Of a stretch of DNA of 64,000 nucleotides, positions 16,848 through 26,428 are shown piece after piece. This stretch comes from Elusimicrobiota bacterium (GTDB lineage Bacteria; Elusimicrobiota; Elusimicrobia; Elusimicrobiales; UBA9959): assembly GCA_029267355.1 (NCBI GenBank), contig JAJUJA010000001.1, positions 51,099 to 115,098 on the forward strand. The letters are read 5' to 3'. Numbering within the stretch: position 1 is the first letter of the stretch; each line of letters begins with the position of its first letter. The notes beneath the pieces are model-generated. The model ran no database searches, was not told the DNA's origin, and worked only from the letters and a program-made list of their open reading frames with translations. The position numbers and the translations under genes were made by a program.

Positions 16848-17653
16848 ATGGTAAAATTCTCACAGGGGCTGCGGCCATACTTGCCATCATTGTTTTGATA
16901 AACATTCTCTACAAAACATTCAAGATACTTTTACCCCGAAAATTCAGTGAACAGGAGATATCCTGTGTTATGCAAGTAATGAGCGTGATAGCAACAATAA
17001 ATTCTCTCCTTTTAGCTTTTGTGGCTGTATCCGTATGGGACTCCTACAAAGCGGCTGACATCTCTGCCATGAACGAGGCAAGCGCTGTCGCTTTACTGGC
17101 CAGAGATCTTTCATATTACGGCAGCGAAGAAGCTTTAAAAGCCAGAAGCTCAGTAAAAGAATATGCCAGATGCTCAATAGAAAAAGACTGGCCTCTTATG
17201 GCGAACGGCTCATCCAGTCCTCAATGCCTTGATGTGCTGGAAAAAACATTCAACCTGATTTCAAAAATAAAGCCTTTATCAGCCAGAGATGAAGTTCTTC
17301 TTTCAAGCATATGGGAAAAGGCAAATGATATGTCAGGAGCCAGAAGAGAACGCCTTCAGGCCGCAAGATCTGTTGTTCCAAAAAGTCTTTGGCTGGTGGC
17401 CATAATCGGAAGCGTCATCACGGTATCAATGCTTTTTGTGATACAAAAAAGCAAATTGGCGCATGCTCTGATTTCAACTATGTCATGCGCTTTCGCCCTT
17501 GTTTTTTACTTCATAATAGCGATGCAAAAGCCTTATGACGGACCGGACGCGATAAAACCTGTAGGATTTCACAGAGTTATAAACAATATGGAAAAATGGG
17601 ACAGCGAAAATATTAACCTTATCAAAGCAGACGGCGGAATTAGAATCAGATAG
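16844..17653 (+). CDS. DUF4239-like membrane protein
   Basis: TM helices at both ends around a soluble core (SVWDSYKAA...EKDWPLM...RRERL). ATGA overlap with the GT2 gene. The family assignment is from memory of the pattern only. Confidence 0.45.
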   Translation: MNGKILTGAAAILAIIVLINILYKTFKILLPRKFSEQEISCVMQVMSVIATINSLLLAFVAVSVWDSYKAADISAMNEASAVALLARDLSYYGSEEALKARSSVKEYARCSIEKDWPLMANGSSSPQCLDVLEKTFNLISKIKPLSARDEVLLSSIWEKANDMSGARRERLQAARSVVPKSLWLVAIIGSVITVSMLFVIQKSKLAHALISTMSCAFALVFYFIIAMQKPYDGPDAIKPVGFHRVINNMEKWDSENINLIKADGGIRIR

Positions 17654-17654
17654 T

Positions 17655-18209
17655 TTATCTTCCCGGAGCAAAACCTGAAAGAACCTTTTTATAAACGGAG
17701 TGGTATTTTTCAAAATCGGATTTTTTTGCTGAATAACTTGCCACAAAAAAACCTTCCTTAGCCGGCATGACAATTATTCTTTCTTTCACCCAGTATGCAT
17801 CGGAGCTTTTACTTTCAAGAGAGACATATTCCTTGAGCTCCCTTATTATTTCAAAGCCTTTTATCTTGCCGGACTTGAAAGGCCTGGCGTCTGAATACTT
17901 GCCTATATCGCTGTTTTTCCTGCCAAGCCCGTCTTTTGTGTTCCTGTCTATATAGTTTTTGTAATCCCTGAAATCTTCATTATCCTTTGAGTAATAGCTT
18001 ACATATATCCATGTCCTGCCCGGGCCGGTAAGTTTTATCTCGTATATCTTATACTCTTCATCGCTGTTTTTATCTCTTTTCAATTCCCAGTCTGAAGGCA
18101 CAAGGCAGGAAAAATAGCCGCCCTCTATTTCATATCTGGAAAAATTTTTATCTTTTTGCGGAGCCGCAGCAAGCAAAAAGATCAGAGCAGGAAAGAGAAT
18201 TTTCTTCAT
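17655..18209 (-). CDS. Secreted protein of unknown function (third gene of the C11 operon)
   Basis: Signal peptide MKKILFPALIFLLAAAP. It is coupled to the upstream gene (TAAAATG). Confidence 0.6.
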   Translation of the reverse strand: MKKILFPALIFLLAAAPQKDKNFSRYEIEGGYFSCLVPSDWELKRDKNSDEEYKIYEIKLTGPGRTWIYVSYYSKDNEDFRDYKNYIDRNTKDGLGRKNSDIGKYSDARPFKSGKIKGFEIIRELKEYVSLESKSSDAYWVKERIIVMPAKEGFFVASYSAKKSDFEKYHSVYKKVLSGFAPGR

Positions 18210-18210
18210 T

Positions 18211-19968
18211 TTAAGCTCCGGGCACAGGAACTTTATTTTCAGCTGTTGGACTGTTTGAAAGCGAATTATAATCCTTTCTCATATCTCTCATGGCATTTCT
18301 GAAATAGCTGTCAGGATTGGAGGATGAAAGCATATCGCTTCTGACCTTCATCAGAGTTTCCATTTTCATATCGGCTACGGAACCGGCAAATTCCTCGGCG
18401 CTCATGGCATAGGCTTCCTCTCTTGACAGAGTGGCCAGCCGCTCAGCCTGCGCCTGACCGTTTGCGTCCATGGCCTGTCTTCTAGCTATCTCTTCATTAA
18501 CAGCGTGTAAAATCTGGCTTCTGGCTGCCTCGGCGGAAGGCGTGTCAGAGAAATAAAGCTGCGCAATGCTTTCGGTAAATCTTTTCTGGCCTTCCGACTC
18601 ATATCTGGTCTGTACAGTTATGACCCTTGAACCGTATGTGGTGGAAGACATTTCCTCAAAAACCCCCTTAAATTTGGCGTCTCTTGAGAATTTTTCAGTC
18701 GTATAAAGCCCCTGCATAGAGTAAGCCAGAGCTGCCCTTTCCTGAACCGGCGGATTGTACATACCTCTTGATGAAAAATACTCGTCTGTCATCTGATAGG
18801 AAGCGGCAGTAACAAAAGCCGGGGAAATAAACCTTGATATATCGTCAACTGCCGCTTTATTCTTGAAAAGATCCTCGGCCTTGTAGCCTTTCACCCTCAT
18901 ATACTGCTCTATCAAAGCGGCATCTACTATAATTTTTCCCCCTTCGTACTTTGAATAACAGTCGCCGCAATACTCAACTGATATAGGGGGCTGCCTGCCG
19001 TTATAGAAAGCGCTTATCCTGTCGCCGGCTTTGGTGCCTTTAACTTCAGACATAAGAGAGGTTTTAAGCATCTGAGAAAGCATCTCTCTTTGCTGAGAGC
19101 TCATTATCTCAGCCGGCGCTGAATTTCTGGCAGCCTGTATCCTGTCTATGTAGGGCTTGAGCTCCGGATGAGCCGAAATCTGGCTGCCGTCAAAATACTG
19201 TCCCAGTATATAGAGCTGCTCATTAAAAGGCTTTCCGGCCAGAGAATCAAGCTGAGGCTGTGTCAAAACTCCCGAGGAGGTTATAACTTTTTTGGCGGCG
19301 TCAAAAGTCAAAGCTCTTTCATCCAGATAAGAGCTGAGAGAAGGATTATACTCCAGAAAAGGCCTGTCAGAAGCTTTCCCGCTGTATGGGATCTTAAGGA
19401 TTACGGCATTTCTCTCCCTTATGACCATATTGAGCCAGGAATCTCTGGTCACAAGCATGGTGCCGGCCTGATCCCATTCAACGGCTCTCTGCGTTGAAGA
19501 GGTGCCGAAAACCACTTCCCATTTCCTTATGGCTTTCTCAAATATGTCCTTCTTATTCTGCGCAAATTTCTTATGCCTATCAAGCCAGTCTATGAATTTT
19601 TCCGGCTGCGGACAAAGACCTATATCGCAAAGCGGTTTATTTCTGTCCAGTCTCACGGTAAGCTCTGAGTTTATGGAATTATGATCTTCAGGCCTGAAAT
19701 CTCTGGAAACATATTCATCCAGGTCTGTCAGCGCCTGAGCATAGGCCACCAGCTTTATTGTTAGATTCTCGTCAAGGTCCATGGCGTCATTTAGAAAAGA
19801 TGAATCGCCCAAAAACTCCTTTGCCTTTACAGGATCCGCCTCGGTAGCTATGCTGACAGCGTATTTATCCAGCTTTTCTCTTACAGCAGATGTTGAGGCG
19901 TCCTGAGAAAAAACGACAGCCGTCTGCATTGAGATGAAAGCAAAAATGATGGCGGCAGAGGCCTTCAT
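18211..19968 (-). CDS. Secreted 585-aa protein of unknown function (second gene of the C11 operon)
   Basis: Signal peptide MKASAAIIFAFISMQTAVVFS. It is coupled to the C11 stop (TGATATG). I recognise no motif in it. Confidence 0.65.
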   Translation of the reverse strand: MKASAAIIFAFISMQTAVVFSQDASTSAVREKLDKYAVSIATEADPVKAKEFLGDSSFLNDAMDLDENLTIKLVAYAQALTDLDEYVSRDFRPEDHNSINSELTVRLDRNKPLCDIGLCPQPEKFIDWLDRHKKFAQNKKDIFEKAIRKWEVVFGTSSTQRAVEWDQAGTMLVTRDSWLNMVIRERNAVILKIPYSGKASDRPFLEYNPSLSSYLDERALTFDAAKKVITSSGVLTQPQLDSLAGKPFNEQLYILGQYFDGSQISAHPELKPYIDRIQAARNSAPAEIMSSQQREMLSQMLKTSLMSEVKGTKAGDRISAFYNGRQPPISVEYCGDCYSKYEGGKIIVDAALIEQYMRVKGYKAEDLFKNKAAVDDISRFISPAFVTAASYQMTDEYFSSRGMYNPPVQERAALAYSMQGLYTTEKFSRDAKFKGVFEEMSSTTYGSRVITVQTRYESEGQKRFTESIAQLYFSDTPSAEAARSQILHAVNEEIARRQAMDANGQAQAERLATLSREEAYAMSAEEFAGSVADMKMETLMKVRSDMLSSSNPDSYFRNAMRDMRKDYNSLSNSPTAENKVPVPGA

Positions 19969-19969
19969 A

Positions 19970-21337
19970 TCAATTTCCTCTCCTGGCCAGCATGGCCTTC
20001 AAGAACTCATCCCACTTTGAGCCGGAAACAAAAGACATTCTCTCATAATTGCCCGCCTCATATCTGAGCAAAGGCATATAAATCGCCAGACCGTTTGAGT
20101 GCGCATTGTAAAAGAGACCCTGTATATTCTGTCCGTTCCCTGCTTTGTTCCTTATTATGAGCTGGTTCTTCATATAGTTTTTCAAAGCATTGGTCTTATT
20201 CTTGAGCTCCTCATTTGTCAATACGCTGTCAAGAGAAGCGAGGTAATCATATAAGTCGGCTGACCTTAATCCCGCCTCAGCTATGCCGCCGGCCTCGCCG
20301 TAGTAAAAGGCGCTTTCGGTGTACGTCTTATCTATTACTTTAGAAAACTCACTGTCATCAGCCATAACGGCGTCCGCCCAGTCGTTCAACAGAGAAACGA
20401 AACCGTCAACCTTATCCGCTTTTACAGCAGACATAGTATGCGACTTATTCGAAATAGCATAGCCGCCAGGTTTATTGTTCTGGTAAGCGCTGTAATAGGC
20501 GTCCACAAAGGACCTGGCCGCAGCTGAAGAATCATTTGAAGCACTCAAAATGTTGAGCAAAAGATCATATGGATACCCGGGACCGGGTATAATTTCCTCG
20601 CTTCCAACTATAACATCAGCATAATTTCTAAGCTCATATACGACCTCAGCCATCTGCATAAGGCAGGCATCGGTGGCGAAAATATCAATTTTTCTACCCA
20701 TATAACCTGAAATCGCAGCAGCGGCATTGCCAAGCTGCCACACATCCATATGATTCCTGGATACATCGTCAAAAGCCACGCCCAATCTGCCATTGCCGTG
20801 ATTCCAGACGACGATCATAACCTTTTCCGCAGGATATCTCGCTATGTTCCTTCTGGCAAAATTTATCAGATGCCTGTAACTGCCCATATCCGTAACTCTG
20901 GGAGTTTCAACTATCTGCGAGTTTATCGCGGAAGGGTCATTATCTTTCCTTATGAAAAGCGTTTTTGCCCCGCTTTGAAATTGTATTTCGCCTATAGGAC
21001 CTGATGTCATTGAGTTGAATTCCACCACGGCGGCGACCTTGTTATTTGAACCCACGGTCTCCATTTCATTCACATCGCCGGCGGCAAGACCCAAAAGACC
21101 GAGATCATTTACCCCATTGATGAAAACCAGCAGCAGCCATTTGTACGGTGCTGCTGAAACGGCAGCGGCCGGCTGGGAAGCGGTTTTGTCTGTTACGCTT
21201 TCAGCGGACACCGGAACGGGTATATTTGAGGGCAATGAGGAAGAGGCGCTTTTGAAGGCCTGAGACAAATCAAGATCCTGCGCGAACAGGCCGCAGGTTA
21301 AAGCCGCCAGGATCAAAAATGTCATGGTCTTCTTCAT
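19970..21337 (-). CDS. Clostripain-family (C11) cysteine peptidase, secreted, paralog 3
   Basis: Signal peptide MKKTMTFLILAALTCGLFA. WLLLVFINGVNDL, His in IVVWNHGNG, Cys in FATDACLMQMAEV. Confidence 0.9.
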   Translation of the reverse strand: MKKTMTFLILAALTCGLFAQDLDLSQAFKSASSSLPSNIPVPVSAESVTDKTASQPAAAVSAAPYKWLLLVFINGVNDLGLLGLAAGDVNEMETVGSNNKVAAVVEFNSMTSGPIGEIQFQSGAKTLFIRKDNDPSAINSQIVETPRVTDMGSYRHLINFARRNIARYPAEKVMIVVWNHGNGRLGVAFDDVSRNHMDVWQLGNAAAAISGYMGRKIDIFATDACLMQMAEVVYELRNYADVIVGSEEIIPGPGYPYDLLLNILSASNDSSAAARSFVDAYYSAYQNNKPGGYAISNKSHTMSAVKADKVDGFVSLLNDWADAVMADDSEFSKVIDKTYTESAFYYGEAGGIAEAGLRSADLYDYLASLDSVLTNEELKNKTNALKNYMKNQLIIRNKAGNGQNIQGLFYNAHSNGLAIYMPLLRYEAGNYERMSFVSGSKWDEFLKAMLARRGN

Positions 21338-21353
21338 AATATCCTCTTACTAA

Positions 21354-21382
21354 ATAGTAGTCCCGGGCTTGACTTTAATCAA
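21354..21382 (-). promoter_or_regulatory. Sigma-70-type promoter for C11 paralog 3
   Basis: On the minus strand: TTGATT-N17-TACTAT, followed by AAGAGGA and the ATG at 21337. Confidence 0.45.
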
Positions 21383-21486
21383 AGGTAATAAGACCTAACA
21401 GTCAATAGGACCAAGGACCCAAAAACTATACTAAAAGCGCAGTGAGCAAAGGGACGCAGAGAAAATTATAGCATATGAAAAGACAT

Positions 21487-21501
21487 TGTCAAGTCTTGAC
21501 A
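21487..21501. promoter_or_regulatory. Perfect palindrome upstream of the efflux operon (candidate operator overlapping a TTGACA)
   Basis: TGTCAAG-T-CTTGACA. Confidence 0.3.
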
Positions 21502-21636
21502 TACCATAAGGCCTTTGGCGGATTTTTCCAGCCCGGAGAGTGTATTAAAGCGCTAATTAAATGAAGGAATGAAACTTTTCAGCCGTTTCCAGCATCTCAT
21601 ATATGGAACCGGAAACGGATTTTTGGAGGATTGATG

Positions 21637-22965
21637 ATGAAGATGTTTTTTCTGTTTTTTATCGCAGCACCAGTTTTCTCTCAGGAAATTGCACTTAAAG
21701 AAGCCGTTAAAAGAGCTCTCTCAAACAGCGAAGCGTTGAAAATGGCTTTGTATGACAAAAAAGCCGCGCAATCTTCCCTAAAAGAGGCCGAAAGATTAAG
21801 TTTCGGCAAACTCAATTTTAAAACCACATATACAAACGGAGATGAACCGGTTTATTCCTTCGCTCAAACATTGAGGCAGGGCAAGTTTTCAATGGCTTCC
21901 ATGGCCTCTGTTAACAATCCGCCTTCAATAGAAAATACCGAAATGGCTTTTGAAGCCGGTGTTCCGCTTTTCACAGGTTTTGCCCTGAAAAATTACCGGA
22001 AAATGGGCGAAACCGGAGTAAAAATAGCCGAGAATTATGCAAGAAGAACTGAAAGCGCGGTAAAATTCAATGCCGCATACCTCTATCTGACAGCCGCTTT
22101 CAGGGCGAAACTGCTTGAAGAGCTGGATTACACTATAAACTCATCGAAGCTTGAACTGGACTCTGCCGATAAATTGAATAAAAACGGCATGATACCCGGT
22201 TCCGATTACTACGCCGCTCTGGCCATTTATTCCGGCCTTGAAAATTTCAGAAATACGCTGGCCGGAGATCTTGAGAATGATCTCAAGAAACTCGCCTATG
22301 AAACAGGCGCCGATCGCTCCAGCTTAAAGCTTTCGGGAAAACTGAGCAATCCGCTGATCGAAAATATAAATTGTGCCGATTTAAACGAAAGCGTTGAAAA
22401 CAGCAGGGACGATATAAAAGCCTATAAATCCATGACAGAGATATCGGATATAAAGGCTGAAATTGAGAAAAACTCGATAATCCCTCAAATAGACGCTTTC
22501 GGCGCATTCTACGGAAATACATCTTCCATCAATTCCTTAAGAACATCAGGCATATACGGCATCAGAATGAATTTCCCCCTTGGCGATCCGTCCTACGGCG
22601 CAAGAAAGGAAAAAGCCATGGCCTATGCGCAAAAATCAAGGGAAGATTTTTCAGCCAAACTCAGGGCCGCAAGAACCGAACTTGACCTGGCCTGTTCAAG
22701 TTATCAGACCGCTGTTAAAGGTCTGACGCCCGCAAAAAACACCATGGAAAAGGCAGAGAATTCCCTTGACCTGTTCAGACCTCTTTACAGACAGGGCAAA
22801 CAGAGCATAATGGAGGTCTTAAGGGCCGAAAATTCTCTTTTTCAGGCAAAAGCGGCCTATTATGAAACTCTTTACAAAACAAACCTTTTCTACCTGCAAA
22901 CTCTTTTTAACGCAGAAAAGCTTGACGAAAAAGCTATAACGAAAGTTGAAGAAAATCTGAAATAA
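21637..22965 (+). CDS. TolC-family outer-membrane efflux protein
   Basis: Signal peptide. It has a duplicated OEP-type helical repeat pattern (ALKEAVKRALSNSEALK..., SAKLRAARTELDLA..., LRAENSLFQAKAAYYETLY). The start was chosen 6 nt after GGAGGA, but TTG 21631 and ATG 21634 are also possible. Confidence 0.85.
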   Translation: MKMFFLFFIAAPVFSQEIALKEAVKRALSNSEALKMALYDKKAAQSSLKEAERLSFGKLNFKTTYTNGDEPVYSFAQTLRQGKFSMASMASVNNPPSIENTEMAFEAGVPLFTGFALKNYRKMGETGVKIAENYARRTESAVKFNAAYLYLTAAFRAKLLEELDYTINSSKLELDSADKLNKNGMIPGSDYYAALAIYSGLENFRNTLAGDLENDLKKLAYETGADRSSLKLSGKLSNPLIENINCADLNESVENSRDDIKAYKSMTEISDIKAEIEKNSIIPQIDAFGAFYGNTSSINSLRTSGIYGIRMNFPLGDPSYGARKEKAMAYAQKSREDFSAKLRAARTELDLACSSYQTAVKGLTPAKNTMEKAENSLDLFRPLYRQGKQSIMEVLRAENSLFQAKAAYYETLYKTNLFYLQTLFNAEKLDEKAITKVEENLK

Positions 22966-22980
22966 ATCAAGGAGAGATAA

Positions 22981-25900
22981 ATGGATTACAAAGAAGGAAA
23001 TTACGGTTATGCCGGCAAAACAGCCGCAGCTTTCATAGCCTCAAAACTGACGCCGATACTTATGATTTCGGCCCTGCTGCTCGGCGTTTTTTCCACGCTC
23101 AATCTGCCAAGAGAAGAAGAGCCGCAAATAAATGTCCCGATGTTTGACATCATCGTCCCTTATTACGGCGCCTCGCCGGAAGAAATAGAAAAAAATCTGG
23201 TAAAAACCGGCGAAAGAAAGCTCTGGGAAATACCAAAACTGGAGTATATCTACTCAATGATATACCCCAATATGGCAACCTTCATACTGCAGTTTGAAGT
23301 CGGAACAGACCCGGCAGAAGCGGCCAACAGAGTTTATACAAAAGTTCTTTCCTATCAGGATTTACTGCCCAAGGGCGCCGGGCAGCCGATAATAAAAGAA
23401 AGAAGCATAGACGATGTTCCGATACTGGCTTTGACTTTTTCTTCCCAAAAATATGATGATTACAAACTCAGGGACATAGCGGCAGCGGTAAGAAATGAGA
23501 TAAGCGCAGTAAATAATGTTTCTGAGACTAACATTATCGGAGGCCATAAAAAACAATTTTTGGTGCGCTTTGATCCGGCCAAGCTTTCAGAAAAGAGAAT
23601 TACTCCATCCATGCTGGCGGGCATAATAAAAATGTCCAACTCAGCCTTGCCTGCCGGCCATTATAATTCGGCTGACTCAAAAACCCTGATAGCAGCCGAC
23701 GCCTTCATAAAGAACATTGACGACTTGAAGAGCATAATAGTGGGCGTTTCAAGCGGTTATCCGGTCAAACTTTCAGATGTGGCTCAGATAAGCGAAGGGC
23801 CTGACGAAGATGAAAGAGAGGTTCTCACCTATGAAAAGACAAAGGAAAAATATCTTAAAGCTGTAACGCTGTCAGTGGCCAAAAGAAAGGGCGCCAATGC
23901 CACAAAAGTGGCAGACGAAATTTTAAAACTTACAGAAAGACTCAAAGGAAAAATAATTCCCCAGGATGTCTCAATTGAGGTCACAAGAAACTATGGTCAT
24001 ACAGCCAAGGAAAAGTCGGATGAGCTTATTTTCCATATGCTTCTGGCCACCGTTTCAGTAACCCTGCTTATATGGCTGACTTTGGGCTGGCGGGAGGCGG
24101 TAGTGGTGCTTGTGGCCATACCTGTCACTTTGTCTTTAACTCTTCTGGTCTACTATTTATACGGATATACGCTTAACAGAATCACTCTGTTCGCTCTGAT
24201 TTTTTCCATAGGCATACTGGTGGACGACGCCATAGTCGTGGTTGAAAATATAAACAGGCATTGCCTGATGAAAAATAAAAATTCGCTGCTGAAAAATGTT
24301 ATAAACGCAGTTGACGAAGTCGGCAATCCCACCATACTTGCCACTTTTACCGTTATAGCTTCAATACTGCCCATGGCCTTTGTAAGCGGCATGATGGGGC
24401 CTTATATGAGGCCTATCCCTATAGGCGCTTCTTTTGCCATGCTTTTTTCCCTGGCTGTGGCCTTCATTGTAACGCCCTGGCTTTTCTCAAGGATAGTGGA
24501 AAAATGGAAGCTGGCGCATTGCAGCACGCAAAAGGAAAGCCTGCCTGATAAGCTTTACAGAAAGCTTATGCAGAAATTGATATATATCCCGAAAAACGGC
24601 TGGCTTTTTCTGGCTTTAAGCTTTCTTCTGACCGCCGGAGCTGTTTCAATGGTGCTTTTTAGAAGCGTTATTTTCAAGACGCTTCCCTTTGACAATAAAA
24701 ACGAGTTTCAGGTCGTCATAAATATGCCTGAGGACTCCTCGCTTGAATTGACGAAAAAAGCCGCCAAAGAAATGGCTGGAACTCTGGCCTCAATTGAAGA
24801 AGTAAAAAGTCTCCAAATATATGCCGGCTCTTCGGCGCCGTATAATTTCAACGGTCTTGTCCGCCACTATTTTTTCAGGCAAATGCCGCATCAGGCGGAT
24901 ATTCAGGTGAATCTTAAAGATAAGAAGGAAAGGAAGAGACAAAGCCATGAAATAGCGGCCGCAGCAAGGCCGAAACTTAAGGAAATAGCCGACAAATATA
25001 AAGCCAGAATACAGGTTGCCGAAGTCCCTCCGGGCCCCCCCGTTTTATCCACTCTTGTCATAGAGATTTACGGCAAAGATCCTCAAAAGAGAAGAGATTT
25101 GGCTTCAAAGATTCAGGAAATGCTCAAGAAATCCCCCGGTATAGTTGATGTGGACTCTTATGAGCCGCAAAATTCTCCGAAAGACATACTGCATATAAAC
25201 AGGCAGAAAGCCACTCTCAACGGCATAATGGCATCGGAAATAGTTCAAACCGCAGCTATGGCCTATAACGGCTATGATATAGACGGGGCTCACACCTCAA
25301 AGGATAATGAGCCGGTGGAAATAAATCTGCGGCTGCCTGAAAAATTGAGAAAAGGACTGAATTCTCTGTCTGATATAAAACTTTTTTCACCGAACGGCAC
25401 GCCTATATCAATTGCTTCGCTGGTATCAGTGAAAAAGTCTGAAGAAGATAAGCCTCTCTTCAGAAAAAATCTGCAGCCGGTCTCTTATGTCACTGCCGAT
25501 ATATCCGGCGGGGAGGAAAGCCCGATATATGCCGTATTGAATCTGACCGGACAAATAGAAAAACTTGCCGAAAAGGAAAACTTGAAGATAAATCAGTTTT
25601 TCACCAGACAGCCGGACAGCGCATCCGGAACTTCAATAAAATGGGACGGAGAATGGCATATTACATATGAAGTTTTCAGGGATCTCGGCATAGCTTTCCT
25701 GATGGTCCTCTTTCTCATATATATCCTCGTGGTCGCCTGGTTTGAGGACTTCATAACTCCTCTTATCATAATGTCGGCCATACCGCTGGCTTTAGTCGGC
25801 ATCATACCGGCCCATTGGGCGATGAACGCTTTCTTTACCGCCACATCAATGATAGGCTTTATAGCTTCAGCCGGCATCGTGGTCAGAAATTCCATAATAC

Positions 25901-26226
25901 TCGTGGATTTCATAAAACTCAAACTTGCCGAAGGCGTGGAGCTTAAGGAAGCAGTCATAGAAGCGGGCGTCATAAGATTCAGGCCTATGCTTTTAACTTC
26001 TTTGGCTGTGATAGTAGGAGCGGGAGTGATACTGTTTGACCCGATATTTCAGGGACTGGCCATATCGCTGATATCAGGACAGGTGGCCTCAACGCTTCTC
26101 TCCAGAGTGGCCGTGCCGGTGCTTTATTACCTGGCTTTCAAAAAGGATTATGAAATAGGTAAAATAAAAATTGAAAGAGGCACCGACAAGGATCTGGATG
26201 ATACTGCGGAAATAAGCGGAGAGTGA
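22981..26226 (+). CDS. RND-family inner-membrane efflux transporter (AcrB-like)
   Basis: 1081 aa with a 12-TM architecture. GILVDDAIVVVENINRH and a second repeat GIVVRNSIILVDFI. Confidence 0.95.
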   Translation: MDYKEGNYGYAGKTAAAFIASKLTPILMISALLLGVFSTLNLPREEEPQINVPMFDIIVPYYGASPEEIEKNLVKTGERKLWEIPKLEYIYSMIYPNMATFILQFEVGTDPAEAANRVYTKVLSYQDLLPKGAGQPIIKERSIDDVPILALTFSSQKYDDYKLRDIAAAVRNEISAVNNVSETNIIGGHKKQFLVRFDPAKLSEKRITPSMLAGIIKMSNSALPAGHYNSADSKTLIAADAFIKNIDDLKSIIVGVSSGYPVKLSDVAQISEGPDEDEREVLTYEKTKEKYLKAVTLSVAKRKGANATKVADEILKLTERLKGKIIPQDVSIEVTRNYGHTAKEKSDELIFHMLLATVSVTLLIWLTLGWREAVVVLVAIPVTLSLTLLVYYLYGYTLNRITLFALIFSIGILVDDAIVVVENINRHCLMKNKNSLLKNVINAVDEVGNPTILATFTVIASILPMAFVSGMMGPYMRPIPIGASFAMLFSLAVAFIVTPWLFSRIVEKWKLAHCSTQKESLPDKLYRKLMQKLIYIPKNGWLFLALSFLLTAGAVSMVLFRSVIFKTLPFDNKNEFQVVINMPEDSSLELTKKAAKEMAGTLASIEEVKSLQIYAGSSAPYNFNGLVRHYFFRQMPHQADIQVNLKDKKERKRQSHEIAAAARPKLKEIADKYKARIQVAEVPPGPPVLSTLVIEIYGKDPQKRRDLASKIQEMLKKSPGIVDVDSYEPQNSPKDILHINRQKATLNGIMASEIVQTAAMAYNGYDIDGAHTSKDNEPVEINLRLPEKLRKGLNSLSDIKLFSPNGTPISIASLVSVKKSEEDKPLFRKNLQPVSYVTADISGGEESPIYAVLNLTGQIEKLAEKENLKINQFFTRQPDSASGTSIKWDGEWHITYEVFRDLGIAFLMVLFLIYILVVAWFEDFITPLIIMSAIPLALVGIIPAHWAMNAFFTATSMIGFIASAGIVVRNSIILVDFIKLKLAEGVELKEAVIEAGVIRFRPMLLTSLAVIVGAGVILFDPIFQGLAISLISGQVASTLLSRVAVPVLYYLAFKKDYEIGKIKIERGTDKDLDDTAEISGE

Positions 26227-26228
26227 AT

Positions 26229-26414
26229 ATGAAAAAAGAAGAAAACAAGAAAGAAGAAAAAAAAGAAAGCAAAACTGGAAGATATATTTATGACAAAAAA
26301 CTCGGAAAAGTCGTAAAAATTTCTGACGACATAGTGGGGCTGAAAAAAGGCGGCAGTTCATCCTCCGGCTTTTCCTGCCCTTCAGGCGGCTGCTGCCCCG
26401 GATGCCAGGGCTGA
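26229..26414 (+). CDS. 61-aa Lys/Glu-rich peptide with Ser/Cys-rich C-terminus (precursor-like or thiol metal-binding)
   Basis: MKKEENKKEEKKESK...GGSSSSGFSCPSGGCCPGCQG. The ATG lies 3 nt after the RND stop. There is no independent evidence that it is expressed. Confidence 0.5.
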   Translation: MKKEENKKEEKKESKTGRYIYDKKLGKVVKISDDIVGLKKGGSSSSGFSCPSGGCCPGCQG

Positions 26415-26428
26415 ACCCGGGAGAACTT

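Noticed and set aside
21475-21564. A 29-aa ORF (MKRHCQVLTYHKAFGGFFQPGECIKALIK) spanning the palindrome in the long intergenic region upstream of the TolC-like gene.
   Set aside because: It has no SD and no supporting context, and it overlaps the likely promoter/operator. It is kept only as a remote possibility of a leader peptide.
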